Shown here: positions 45,593-55,094 of the stretch, piece by piece
Layout of the letters: the number at the start of each line of letters is the position of its first letter
How positions within the stretch are numbered: the first letter of the stretch is position 1
DNA from: an uncultured Desulfobacteraceae bacterium
GTDB lineage: Bacteria > Desulfobacterota > DSM-4660 > Desulfatiglandales > HGW-15
Length of the DNA stretch: 64,000 bases
NCBI GenBank assembly: GCA_964520425.1
Contig: CAZFMX010000004.1
Span: forward strand, 7,526 to 71,525
Reading direction: 5' to 3'
Notes under the pieces: model-generated
The model's database searches: none
What the model saw: only the letters and a program-made list of their open reading frames with translations
Told to the model about the DNA's origin: nothing
Made by a program: the position numbers and the translations under genes

Positions 45593-46983
45593 AAGAGATT
45601 GTCAAAAAACTTCCAGAATCGATTATACAACCCATCAGATACATGATGGGTTGCCTTCCTCCACGGCTTCGATATGGAAGGGTCTTTCGGCAATCTTATG
45701 ATTTTCTGGAGAACTCCCAATGGTGGAGCAGGGAGAGGCTTCAAGAGTATCAGATGAATCGATTAGAACACCTCTTGCATCATGCCTACCGGAATGTTCC
45801 TTACTATCGATGTGTCTTTAATGAGATGGCTTTGCGTCCTGAGAGTATCAAGGACTTTGGAGATATGAGGAAATTGCCATTCCTGACAAAAACGATCATT
45901 CAGAACAACTTACATGATTTGGTAGCAGAGAATTATCCCAGGTCACGATTGGAGAATGTTTCGACGGGCGGCTCAACAGGAGATCCTTTGGGCTTCTATC
46001 ATGAGAGAGGTATTTCTGAGGCTCGGGAGAGAGCCTTTATCTTTAATTTGTGGAGCAGGATCGGTTTTAAGGCAGGAGATAAATGCATCGAACTGAGAGG
46101 GAATATTCTTCAATCGACAAAGGGAGGCAGGTTCTGGATGTACCATCCTGCGGAAAAGATCCTGATGCTTTCTTCCTATCAAATGACCAATGAGGCGTTG
46201 CCGAAATACGTTGAGAAGATCCGGCAGTTTCAGCCCGATTTCCTTCATGTGTATCCATCTTCAATCATGATTCTGGGCAGATTTATGAAAGAGAGAAGTA
46301 TTCGTCCTTTCCATAGTGTAAAAGCCCTGTTGTGTGCTTCAGAAAATATATACTCTTGGCAGAGAGAGTTGCTCGAGGATGTCTTTCAATGCCGTGTTTT
46401 CAGTTTCTACGGGCACTCTGAGCGGGCTGTTTTAGCCGGTGAGTGTGAAAAGAGTACGTCATATCATATTTCACCGGAATATGGATTTACCGAGATCGTC
46501 AATGAAAAGGGAATACCTGTGGAGAAAGATGGTGAGACCGGGGAAATCGTGGCGACCGGATTTAATAACCAGGCTATGCCCTTTATCAGATACAAAACAG
46601 GGGATATTGCAGTCTATTCCAGCAAGACATGTGACTGCGGGCGGAATTATCCTTTGATTGAAAGGATCCGGGGGAGAATTCAGGATTTCCTTCTTTCCAG
46701 AAAAAACCATTTGATCCCATTAAGCACGATCCAATACGAGGTCTTGGGTGATAGTAATTTTGTTAGGCAGTTCCAATTTTACCAGGAAAAAGCCGGAGAG
46801 GTAGTCGTCAATATCGTTAAGGCGCAAGACTATACGAAAGCAGAGGAACGTCGGATTTCAAGCGCGCTACAAAAAGGTGTAGCAGGAGATATTGAATTTC
46901 ACTTTGAATACAAAGATGAAATTCCAAGAACAAGCAGTGGAAAACGCAGGTTACTGATTCAGAAATTGCCTTCACCAGAATAA
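45589..46983 (+). CDS. Adenylate-forming enzyme, phenylacetate-CoA ligase / F390 synthetase (PaaK/CapK-like), copy 1
   Basis: It has the AMP-binding core STGGSTGDPLGFY, RYKTGD, and a C-terminal SSGKRR. Its start overlaps the upstream stop by 4 nt. Confidence 0.75.
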   Translation: MKEIVKKLPESIIQPIRYMMGCLPPRLRYGRVFRQSYDFLENSQWWSRERLQEYQMNRLEHLLHHAYRNVPYYRCVFNEMALRPESIKDFGDMRKLPFLTKTIIQNNLHDLVAENYPRSRLENVSTGGSTGDPLGFYHERGISEARERAFIFNLWSRIGFKAGDKCIELRGNILQSTKGGRFWMYHPAEKILMLSSYQMTNEALPKYVEKIRQFQPDFLHVYPSSIMILGRFMKERSIRPFHSVKALLCASENIYSWQRELLEDVFQCRVFSFYGHSERAVLAGECEKSTSYHISPEYGFTEIVNEKGIPVEKDGETGEIVATGFNNQAMPFIRYKTGDIAVYSSKTCDCGRNYPLIERIRGRIQDFLLSRKNHLIPLSTIQYEVLGDSNFVRQFQFYQEKAGEVVVNIVKAQDYTKAEERRISSALQKGVAGDIEFHFEYKDEIPRTSSGKRRLLIQKLPSPE

Positions 46984-47047
46984 CGATGTCTTGGCATGAA
47001 TGAAGCGTGCACTCATTCTGTCAATATAAGGAGTATGTCAGAAATAA

Positions 47048-48436
47048 ATGAGCTTCAGAAAACTTATCAGAAGACTTCCTTTTCCGATCCTGAGATCTCT
47101 TGGGTCTCTTTACGGAGTAATCCCATCCCGCATCCGCTTCGGAAAGGTGTTTTGGGAGACCTATCATTTTTTGCAGCGGTCACAGTGGTGGGGTAGAGAG
47201 AGGCTGGAGGAATATCAAATCAGTCAATTGGAAAAGCTATTAAGGCATGCCTATGATTGTGTGCCCTATTATAGAAGGTTGTTCGATGAAAGAGGTCTAA
47301 AACCAAATCATATTCAGAACTTCGAAGACCTTAAGAGTCTCCCCTATTTGACCAAAGATGTGTTCAGACAAAATTACAACACAATTATTGAAGAAAAATC
47401 CAGGAAAAAAGAATTTCACAGGGTCAATACGAGCGGCACGACAGGCAAACCTCTGCAATTCTATGAAAACAAATGGACCACTCAAATGGAACGGGCTTTC
47501 ATTTACCATCAATGGTCCCGTGTGGGTGTGACTCCGGATGACCCTTTGATACAAATGAGGGGTCCCGTCATACAAGATAATATACCGGAATATTATCTAA
47601 AGAGTAGAACTTTGAGGTTATCACCTCGGGTGGGCAGTCTCGAAATCATGAGGCTCTATTTGGAAGAAATGAAGAAGTCAGGGGCCTCTTATCTCCATGG
47701 ATATCCAAGCGCAATAGCACTCTTTGCCCTAACGATAAAGCAGCATGGATTGATCGTTCCAATAAAAATCAGAGCCATACTATTTGCGTCTGAAGCTGTC
47801 TATGCATGGGAAAGGCAAATCGTTGAAGAAGTATTTGGTTGTCGTGTTTTCAGCTTTTACGGTATGGCGGAAAAAGTAGTTTTGGCGACAGAATGCGAGA
47901 CCAGTCATGATTATCATTGCCTTCCGCAATACGGAATAACTGAAATAGACGAGAATACCAAAGAGATCATAGGAACAGGTTTTCTCAATCATCTTAATCC
48001 GTTTATTCGATATCGCACCACAGATGTTGCCTATGGGCTAAGTGATTCGGAATGCAAGGGCTGCGGCAGGCATGAATATCCTGTTTTCTCTGGAGTAGAG
48101 GGGAGACTTGAAGATTTCATCGTAACGACCGGTGGTATTCCGATATCTCCGGCGATTATTACACATCCTATGAAAGATCTTAAGGCAATCAAGAGCACAC
48201 AGCTCCTTCAAAAATCTCTTGATTCCATCAAAGTCAAAATTGTCCCTTGGGATCAACATGATCCAAAGACATTAGATAAAGAAGCAGACATTATAAGGCA
48301 GGGACTAAAGGGAATTCTTGGTGTCGACATGAAAGTTGAAATTGAGATTACACAATCCGTAGAGCTATCAGCGACCGGAAAGTTCAAATGGGTCATTTCA
48401 GATGTCCACAAAGGTTTTTTCGAAGCTATTAAGTAG
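47048..48436 (+). CDS. Adenylate-forming enzyme, PaaK/CapK-like, copy 2 (tandem paralog)
   Basis: It has TSGTTGKPLQFY, RYRTTD and ATGKFKW. The N-terminus is clearly paralogous to copy 1 (WW(S/G)RERL(Q/E)EYQ...VPYYR). Confidence 0.75.
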   Translation: MSFRKLIRRLPFPILRSLGSLYGVIPSRIRFGKVFWETYHFLQRSQWWGRERLEEYQISQLEKLLRHAYDCVPYYRRLFDERGLKPNHIQNFEDLKSLPYLTKDVFRQNYNTIIEEKSRKKEFHRVNTSGTTGKPLQFYENKWTTQMERAFIYHQWSRVGVTPDDPLIQMRGPVIQDNIPEYYLKSRTLRLSPRVGSLEIMRLYLEEMKKSGASYLHGYPSAIALFALTIKQHGLIVPIKIRAILFASEAVYAWERQIVEEVFGCRVFSFYGMAEKVVLATECETSHDYHCLPQYGITEIDENTKEIIGTGFLNHLNPFIRYRTTDVAYGLSDSECKGCGRHEYPVFSGVEGRLEDFIVTTGGIPISPAIITHPMKDLKAIKSTQLLQKSLDSIKVKIVPWDQHDPKTLDKEADIIRQGLKGILGVDMKVEIEITQSVELSATGKFKWVISDVHKGFFEAIK

Positions 48437-48600
48437 ATACATTATTCGCAGTGGGCAAAATGTAATAAAAGTGGTTTTCCCCGAATAGTATTCATAAGTC
48501 ATAGTCAATTATTTTTCAATATTAGATGAAGCCTCGTCAGCGATTTATTGAGCGGCACTTCTTCCATTCGAAATGAGATATCTTCGATGTTGATTGAGTA

Positions 48601-50109
48601 ATGATATGGAGAAATATGTTTGAAACAGTCTTCAAAGATATGTTCAAATATCTTCCCGCTACGGTTGTTCCTGCCATTGTAGGATTTCTAAGCATCCCGA
48701 TCTTCACAAGATTGTTCTCTCCTCAGGCATATGGGAATTACAGCATCGTAATGGCCACTGTCATGGTCATGGCAACCATTCTTGGGTGGTTGCCCATGGG
48801 AGTCATCAGGTTCTACCCTGCTTATGAAAAGGAGAAACGACTTCACAGCTTTGAAACAAGTGTTTTTTATTCAAACCTTGTCTCCATCTTAGCCCTTCTA
48901 GTTATCTCATCAGTCGTTCTCTTCACCACTAAAGCTTTTTTTGAACCGCAGTTGTTCTCTTTTCTTTTTATCGGATTAGGGATTCTGGCTGTGACTTCTC
49001 AATTCAATATCCTTTTGGATTTGCTCAGATCACAGAGAAAAGCAGGATCATATAGTCTCTTTACCTCTATAAAAAGTATAGGGGGAATAGGATTTTCTTT
49101 GCTACTCATATCCTCATTCAGGAGGGATATTGCCTTTTTGTTGTGGGGACCAATTCTAAGCACTTCTCTAATTTTGCCATTTATGTGGCGACGGACCATT
49201 GAATCAGCACGTATGTTCCCATTCATTATAGAACCCGGTTTGATAAAAACCATCGCAAAATACAGTCTGCCGCTTGTTATTGGAAACCTGGCCGCCTGGA
49301 TACTGAGCCTTTCCGACAGATATGTCATAAATCTATACAGAGGGGCACATGAAGTCGGTATATATTCAGCGAGCTATGATATAGCCGATAAAAGCATTAT
49401 GCTGATGATATCTTTATTTACGCTAGTTGTAGGACCTCTCGCTTTTAATATCTGGGAAAAAGAAGGAGAAGCAGAGAGCAAAATCTTTTCAACCAGCATT
49501 GCCCGTTACTTCTTGATCATCTATTTCCCTGCTGTTACGGGACTTGTAGTCCTATCGAAACCAATTATCAGCCTTTGTACGGCAGAGGAATATCAAAGTG
49601 GTTTTATTATCTTGCCCTTAGTCGTATCCGGAGTCTTCCTTTTTGGTTTGCAGCAGCATTTCCAGAGAGGACTTCTCTTTCATAAACAAACCTCCTTAAT
49701 CATGTGGAGTGTCGTAATTTCCGGCCTTTTTAATCTTATGATCAATTTTATATTCATCCCGAAATATGGCTATATTGCTGCCGCTTATTCCACTTTCCTT
49801 TCATATGGGTTGTATTTCGCGCTGATCGTCATTCTGTCACGACGGTTCTACACTTGGCATTTCCCTTTCCAAACGTTACTAAGGGTGTTCGTAGCCTCAT
49901 TGATAATGGGAATTGTTGTATATTACCTCCATGATAGCTTACCCGGTCCATTGATCCTGAATCTGTTTCTGGTTATCTTCCTAGGAATATTGATATATTT
50001 TGTGATGCTCTTTTTGTTCCGTGAGTATGATTTGTTCTTGATTTATGAGGAAATTTCGGCTTACATAAAAGATACATTTTTCAATGGTGACACAAATGAC
50101 ACTGTCTAA
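48601..50109 (+). CDS. wzx: Polysaccharide flippase (Wzx/MOP superfamily)
   Basis: The 502-aa product has about 12-14 TM helices and a typical N-terminus (KYLPATVVPAIVGFLSIPIFTRLFSPQAYG). Confidence 0.75.
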   Translation: MIWRNMFETVFKDMFKYLPATVVPAIVGFLSIPIFTRLFSPQAYGNYSIVMATVMVMATILGWLPMGVIRFYPAYEKEKRLHSFETSVFYSNLVSILALLVISSVVLFTTKAFFEPQLFSFLFIGLGILAVTSQFNILLDLLRSQRKAGSYSLFTSIKSIGGIGFSLLLISSFRRDIAFLLWGPILSTSLILPFMWRRTIESARMFPFIIEPGLIKTIAKYSLPLVIGNLAAWILSLSDRYVINLYRGAHEVGIYSASYDIADKSIMLMISLFTLVVGPLAFNIWEKEGEAESKIFSTSIARYFLIIYFPAVTGLVVLSKPIISLCTAEEYQSGFIILPLVVSGVFLFGLQQHFQRGLLFHKQTSLIMWSVVISGLFNLMINFIFIPKYGYIAAAYSTFLSYGLYFALIVILSRRFYTWHFPFQTLLRVFVASLIMGIVVYYLHDSLPGPLILNLFLVIFLGILIYFVMLFLFREYDLFLIYEEISAYIKDTFFNGDTNDTV

Positions 50110-51508
50110 ATTATATGATAACAAGCTGAATATATTAGCCTATATAGCTATTCCACTTTGTCTCGGCTTGGCGATCGCTTGGTGTAATTGGCAATTTAGC
50201 ATTGGTTTAGGTGCTATCATTTTATTTTTTTGTCTCGGCCCTAGCGCGCAGTTTTATGTGTTCATTGTGTCAATCTTCTATCCTCTCGTACTGACAATCG
50301 GCCCTATTAACGAGTTTCCTGTTTCTCTTATTGTCACACCACTCTTCCTCATCTCAATACTTAGTTTCATGATTCTTAATGACCATCCTATTCAGCTAGG
50401 AAGACACAGCCGACCTTTCATCATTGCCTTTTGTCTCCTGCTGTTCTGCCTTGTGATAAGTTATGCAAAGAACTCCTTTTCGGTCTTTTCCATGGATATG
50501 GGACATCATGAAACCAAAATGGTGGGTCTTTCCTATTTAAATACATTTGCTGGAATGATGGTCTTCTTAAGCTCCTCATGGTATTTTTCAGTTACTTCTT
50601 TTGATGAGAATAAGGTATTGAGGTTTTTCATCCTTATAACCATGATTTTGGCTCTTTTGAAGTTTACAGGTCTGGCATCCATTCTGTTTGATACATCTTT
50701 TAACCAGCCGTATATAACGGCTTCGGGTGCTAAAAGGATGGGAGGTTTCGACAATCTTGTCTGGCTAGCAGTCCCTGCCCTTATGGCCTACTCTTCTCAA
50801 CGGGTAAACACTTTGAGGATATTATTAATCGTTGTCTATCTGATCTTTGGAATAATCAGTGGAGGCAGGGCTCTATTCTTTGGTATTGTTTTCGCCACCA
50901 TTATATACTTGTCCTTGTTTTACAAGAAATATTCTGCGCGTCTTGTTTTGGCTTGCGGTATTATTGTTTTGACTGTGGCCTTAATGGCACAATTCGTCTC
51001 TCTTCCGACACAAATAAAAAGAATTAGCGGTTTGACCCTGATAGAGGAAGGAGGGTTCACGCAGCAAGATCCCGGAAGAGCCGTTACTTTTTCATATTTC
51101 TGGGATATTTTCTTGGATAATCCTTTATTCGGAAAGGGCATTGGTGTCTATAGCGGGAGAGTACCGGAACGGTTGAATTTTATAAATGAACAGCTTATTT
51201 CCGGAGGACATGGCGCCTATCTTTCCATTCTTGCCATTTTTGGCATTCTTGGCGCTGTTTTTCTCGCTTTGATTCTTTTCGGGACGGTCTTCAAATCATA
51301 CCGATTAATTTTAATGAACAGTCTTAGTAAAGAGCCCGTTGCCTATAAAAAAACGGCCATATTTATATTCCTTTATTCTCTAGTTACTGTTTTCTACTAT
51401 GTGTTTGGATATTCCGGTTTTCAAGACTTGAAACTATACTTTGTTATAGGAATGCTGATTGGGATCCTTGAGAAGTATGAGCGGCATTCCCATTTTATTG
51501 AGGATTAG
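50084..51508 (+). CDS. O-antigen ligase/polymerase family membrane protein (Wzy-like)
   Basis: It is polytopic with a large loop carrying the GxGxG/H pattern (NPLFGKGIGVYSG...SGGHGAYL). Confidence 0.65.
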   Translation: MVTQMTLSKLYDNKLNILAYIAIPLCLGLAIAWCNWQFSIGLGAIILFFCLGPSAQFYVFIVSIFYPLVLTIGPINEFPVSLIVTPLFLISILSFMILNDHPIQLGRHSRPFIIAFCLLLFCLVISYAKNSFSVFSMDMGHHETKMVGLSYLNTFAGMMVFLSSSWYFSVTSFDENKVLRFFILITMILALLKFTGLASILFDTSFNQPYITASGAKRMGGFDNLVWLAVPALMAYSSQRVNTLRILLIVVYLIFGIISGGRALFFGIVFATIIYLSLFYKKYSARLVLACGIIVLTVALMAQFVSLPTQIKRISGLTLIEEGGFTQQDPGRAVTFSYFWDIFLDNPLFGKGIGVYSGRVPERLNFINEQLISGGHGAYLSILAIFGILGAVFLALILFGTVFKSYRLILMNSLSKEPVAYKKTAIFIFLYSLVTVFYYVFGYSGFQDLKLYFVIGMLIGILEKYERHSHFIED

Positions 51509-51598
51509 TCTTCTTTCTGTGGCTTTTCAATCCCTTCGGAGATGTTCTCTTATTATGTATGTTCAATTCGGACATCTATTCTTTTTTCAGAATAAAAC

Positions 51599-52741
51599 AT
51601 GAGTAGAATTATATTCGCAGCCCCCCATTATTATTCAAGTTTTATACAGGTCGGGGCCCAACACTATGCCAGAGTCCTCTCAAGACATAATTGGAACGTT
51701 CTCTATTTCTCGAATTATCTTTCACCCTTCAACCTCTTTCTGAGTAAAGACAGAAAGGACAAAGTTTCTCGTTTCATAAACTATTTTCGTGGTGGAGAAC
51801 ATATCAAATCCAATCTGTTTACTTATGTCCCCTTTTCATTACTCCCACACCATAATTTTACGATTTTCGATAAAAAATGGTTCCTGCAGAACGCCTACAG
51901 ATTCACAGTTCCATCCGTCACAGGCATTTTGAGAAGGCATCTCTTTGAGAATATCGATGTGCTTTGGATAGACTGTCCAAACCAGATATTCTGGAAGGGT
52001 ATAGTCGAGCATAAGAAAAGTATCTATCGTATATTCGATGACATTGAAGCATTTCAAAAGGCTGGCCCTGTTCTCATGGATGCGCATGAAGAGGCCCTTT
52101 TATCTTCCGATGTAGTCATTGTGACATCAAAAGTTTTGATTAGCGACATGAAAAGAAAATACAAAGACGTCTCTTTCATCCATTGCCCAAACGGAGTTGA
52201 TATTACATCTTTTATCCGAGAAGAATATGTTAAACCTAAAGAGTTTGGACACATCAAGGGGAGAATAGCGTTATATGTGGGCGCTATCGATGATTGGTTT
52301 GATGAGGACCTTCTGGCGTATACAGCAAGCCATTCGCCCGAAATGAACTTCTGCATCATTGGCCCGGACAGGCTTGGAAAAATATCTACGTTGAACCAAA
52401 ACAACATCCATTACTTGGGCCCCAAGCCGTTTAAGGATATTCCTGACTATATGTTCTATGCGGATTTCGGTATAATTCCTTTCAGATCAAACAGGCTCGT
52501 GAGATGTGTCAATCCCATAAAGATGTATGAATATTTCAGCCTGGGCAAACAGGTAATCAGTACCTCTTGGGAGGAACTCAAGTTGTTGGAGTCCCCCTGT
52601 CTGATGGCTCAAGATAAGGATGAGTTCCTGGAATTCGTTCATAGCGATCAGGCTATTAATCCGGATAATGGACACCTCATACAGTACGCAAAAGAGAACA
52701 CATGGGAAAATCGACTTAGGGACATACTCGGGTTGCTGTAA
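51599..52741 (+). CDS. Glycosyltransferase (GT-B fold, GT4-like C-terminal half)
   Basis: The C-terminal pattern is ALYVGAID.W.D..LL...., PIKMYEYFSLGKQVIST. Confidence 0.6.
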   Translation: MSRIIFAAPHYYSSFIQVGAQHYARVLSRHNWNVLYFSNYLSPFNLFLSKDRKDKVSRFINYFRGGEHIKSNLFTYVPFSLLPHHNFTIFDKKWFLQNAYRFTVPSVTGILRRHLFENIDVLWIDCPNQIFWKGIVEHKKSIYRIFDDIEAFQKAGPVLMDAHEEALLSSDVVIVTSKVLISDMKRKYKDVSFIHCPNGVDITSFIREEYVKPKEFGHIKGRIALYVGAIDDWFDEDLLAYTASHSPEMNFCIIGPDRLGKISTLNQNNIHYLGPKPFKDIPDYMFYADFGIIPFRSNRLVRCVNPIKMYEYFSLGKQVISTSWEELKLLESPCLMAQDKDEFLEFVHSDQAINPDNGHLIQYAKENTWENRLRDILGLL

Positions 52742-52756
52742 GCAATCTCCAATGCT

Positions 52757-53971
52757 ATGAAAGAGAAAATGCTCTTTATTACTAATTTGTTGCCCTATCC
52801 ATTGGATAATGGAGGCAAGATAAAAACATATCACACATTATCGGTTCTAATTGACCTATTTGAGATTGACTTGTTATGTTTCATTGAAGATAAGTCTGAC
52901 AGAAAATATATAAGAGATATTAAGAGATTAGGGATTTCAGTAAATGTTGTTCTTAAGAGATTGCGGCATACACAAACCCCATTTCTGCTCTGTTGGGAAG
53001 TGCTCAAATCATTCATAACAAAATACCCTTATATTGTTTCAAAATATTCATCTCCTGAAATGAGAAGGATTGTCGCAGGTAAACTTACTGAAAAGCGATA
53101 TCATACTATCTATATCGACCATTTGCCGCTCTTTCAGTATGTTCCTGATGATAATCATAAGAAGACTATCTTTGTCATATTAGACCAGCACAATCTCGAA
53201 TATGAGATTATCCGGCGTCGCATGGATGTCACAAAAAACGTCCTCACAAAACTGCTTCTTCATCTTGAATACCTTAAGGTTGTTCGCTATGAAAAAGAAA
53301 GTTGCATGAAAGCCGATTTGACCCTAGCCATCACGAAAAGAGACCTTTCCTTGATAGATAGAATGACAGAAAACAGGGCGCGTTGCGTGATAGCCCCTTT
53401 TTATGTCGAAGATATTAGTCCTGTTCTGCACGACAAATCCTTTAAGAAAAAGACGATTCTTTTTTTAGGGACCATGTCATGGTTTCCTAACGAAGACGCT
53501 GTCACCTGGTTCTTTCATAATGTCTTCAAAAAATACCATCTTGATATAAAGGGATGGAGGTTTTTGATTGTAGGAAATTCTCCAGGAAAAACTATTTTAG
53601 ATTTAAGGTCCGATTCCGTCTGTATTACAGGATATGTCGATAATCTCAGGCCATATATAGATGATTCACTCCTCAGTGTTGTTCCCATGCGAATAGGAGG
53701 CGGGATGAGGATCAAAGTCCTCGATCTTTTCTCCTTCGGTATTCCTGTCATATCTACAAATATCGGATGTGAGGGGATTCCTGTTTCAAACGGAAAACAT
53801 ATCCTTATTGCAGATACACCTTTGGAATTCAAACACTCAATAGAGAGTATATATCATGATACTGAATTACGGCAGAGTCTGGTGAACAACGCTCTTTCTT
53901 TTGTAAAGAGTCATTATTCTTCCGCATCAGCTCTTCAACAATACAGAGATATTTTGCGGAGCATGCCTTGA
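52757..53971 (+). CDS. Glycosyltransferase family 4
   Basis: It has LPYPLDNGGKIKTYH, ILFLGTMSWFPNEDA, and GGGMRIKVLDLFSFGIPVISTNIGCEGI. Confidence 0.75.
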   Translation: MKEKMLFITNLLPYPLDNGGKIKTYHTLSVLIDLFEIDLLCFIEDKSDRKYIRDIKRLGISVNVVLKRLRHTQTPFLLCWEVLKSFITKYPYIVSKYSSPEMRRIVAGKLTEKRYHTIYIDHLPLFQYVPDDNHKKTIFVILDQHNLEYEIIRRRMDVTKNVLTKLLLHLEYLKVVRYEKESCMKADLTLAITKRDLSLIDRMTENRARCVIAPFYVEDISPVLHDKSFKKKTILFLGTMSWFPNEDAVTWFFHNVFKKYHLDIKGWRFLIVGNSPGKTILDLRSDSVCITGYVDNLRPYIDDSLLSVVPMRIGGGMRIKVLDLFSFGIPVISTNIGCEGIPVSNGKHILIADTPLEFKHSIESIYHDTELRQSLVNNALSFVKSHYSSASALQQYRDILRSMP

Positions 53972-54034
53972 AAATGATACTTGGAATACGCGGATTAGCA
54001 ATATTTTCAGTATAACGCGGGCAATAAACGACAT

Positions 54035-54790
54035 ATGAATAAAACACCGTTTCTGAATACTCAAATCAATATTCTTAACACATCTGAAGCTTTATCCATA
54101 TGCAATGGGTTTTTTGATTCTAATGAAAAGCATACGATTTATTTTCTCAACGCCCACTGTTTCAATGTGGCGCAAAAGGACGATCAATATCTTGCATCAC
54201 TCAATAATGCGGGAATAGTATTGAATGATGGAATAGGCGTACACATGGCTTCCAAGTTATTGGGTATTAAACTAAAAGAAAATATGAACGGTTCAGATTT
54301 CATTCCGAAACTTATTAGACATGCGTACTCTCGCGGCAAAAAGGTTTTTCTTTTAGGCGCTGGAGTTGGGGTTGCTGAACGGGCAAAGAAGAATTTTGAA
54401 AGAAAGCTTGGCGATCATTGCATTTCCGGAGTGAACCACGGCTATATCTTTGATGAAAATGATAATAAAGAGGTTCTTGATAGAATAAATGCTTCCGGTG
54501 CAGAATTGCTTGTTGTCGGCATGGGTGTCCCTCTTCAGGAGAAATGGATAGAGAGTAACTTAAACTTATTAAAGAATATAAAAATCGCTGTCGCCGGAGG
54601 TGCGATTATCGATTTTCTTGCTGGAAAAGTGAAACGTGCGCCTCCATTGGTTCAGAAACTCGGGATTGAATGGCTATTTCGATTTATCCAAGAGCCCAAA
54701 CGGTTGTTTCAAAGGTATTTCATCGGGAACATTGTTTTCTTTCTTTATTTACTTCGAATGCGCAGAAGACTTAAACCTAATAGCGCCTAA
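54035..54790 (+). CDS. WecG/TagA/CpsF family glycosyltransferase (GT26)
   Basis: It has YFLNAHCFNVAQKD, NDGIGV, VVGMGVPLQEKWI, and LGIEWLFRFIQEPKRLFQRY. Confidence 0.85.
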   Translation: MNKTPFLNTQINILNTSEALSICNGFFDSNEKHTIYFLNAHCFNVAQKDDQYLASLNNAGIVLNDGIGVHMASKLLGIKLKENMNGSDFIPKLIRHAYSRGKKVFLLGAGVGVAERAKKNFERKLGDHCISGVNHGYIFDENDNKEVLDRINASGAELLVVGMGVPLQEKWIESNLNLLKNIKIAVAGGAIIDFLAGKVKRAPPLVQKLGIEWLFRFIQEPKRLFQRYFIGNIVFFLYLLRMRRRLKPNSA

Positions 54791-54799
54791 AAGCCGCCG

Positions 54800-55030
54800 G
54801 TCTTTATCCGTTTTCGCAGAAGACCACGGGCTTGCCCGTGGATGAATGCTAAAACGCCCAGAATGGAGTCGAGGATTAGCTTACGCTACGGAGCGATGTC
54901 GCATGGGGGATGTGGCGGATAACCGCGGCGTTTTGTCGCGTCAAAGCCTTTGGCGAAGTCGGAAGCCGAAGGCGAAGATGGGTAACAAAATGGGACCACG
55001 GGTTTACCCGTGGGGCTCCATGATTTACAC
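54800..55030. repeat. Family-C GC-rich structured insert inside the AT-rich EPS operon (two CCACGGG-N4-CCCGTGG hairpins flanking an inner palindromic region)
   Basis: The hairpins are at 54824-54841 and 54996-55013. The inner complementary pair is GCTAAAACGCC...GGCGTTTTGTCGC, with small hairpins CGCT-ACGG-AGCG and TCGG-AAG-CCGA. Confidence 0.6.
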
Positions 55031-55094
55031 ATAGGAGCTTTCTCCCTAATCAATTATCTCTACAGAATATTTTGAAACATCTAGGAATTCTATA

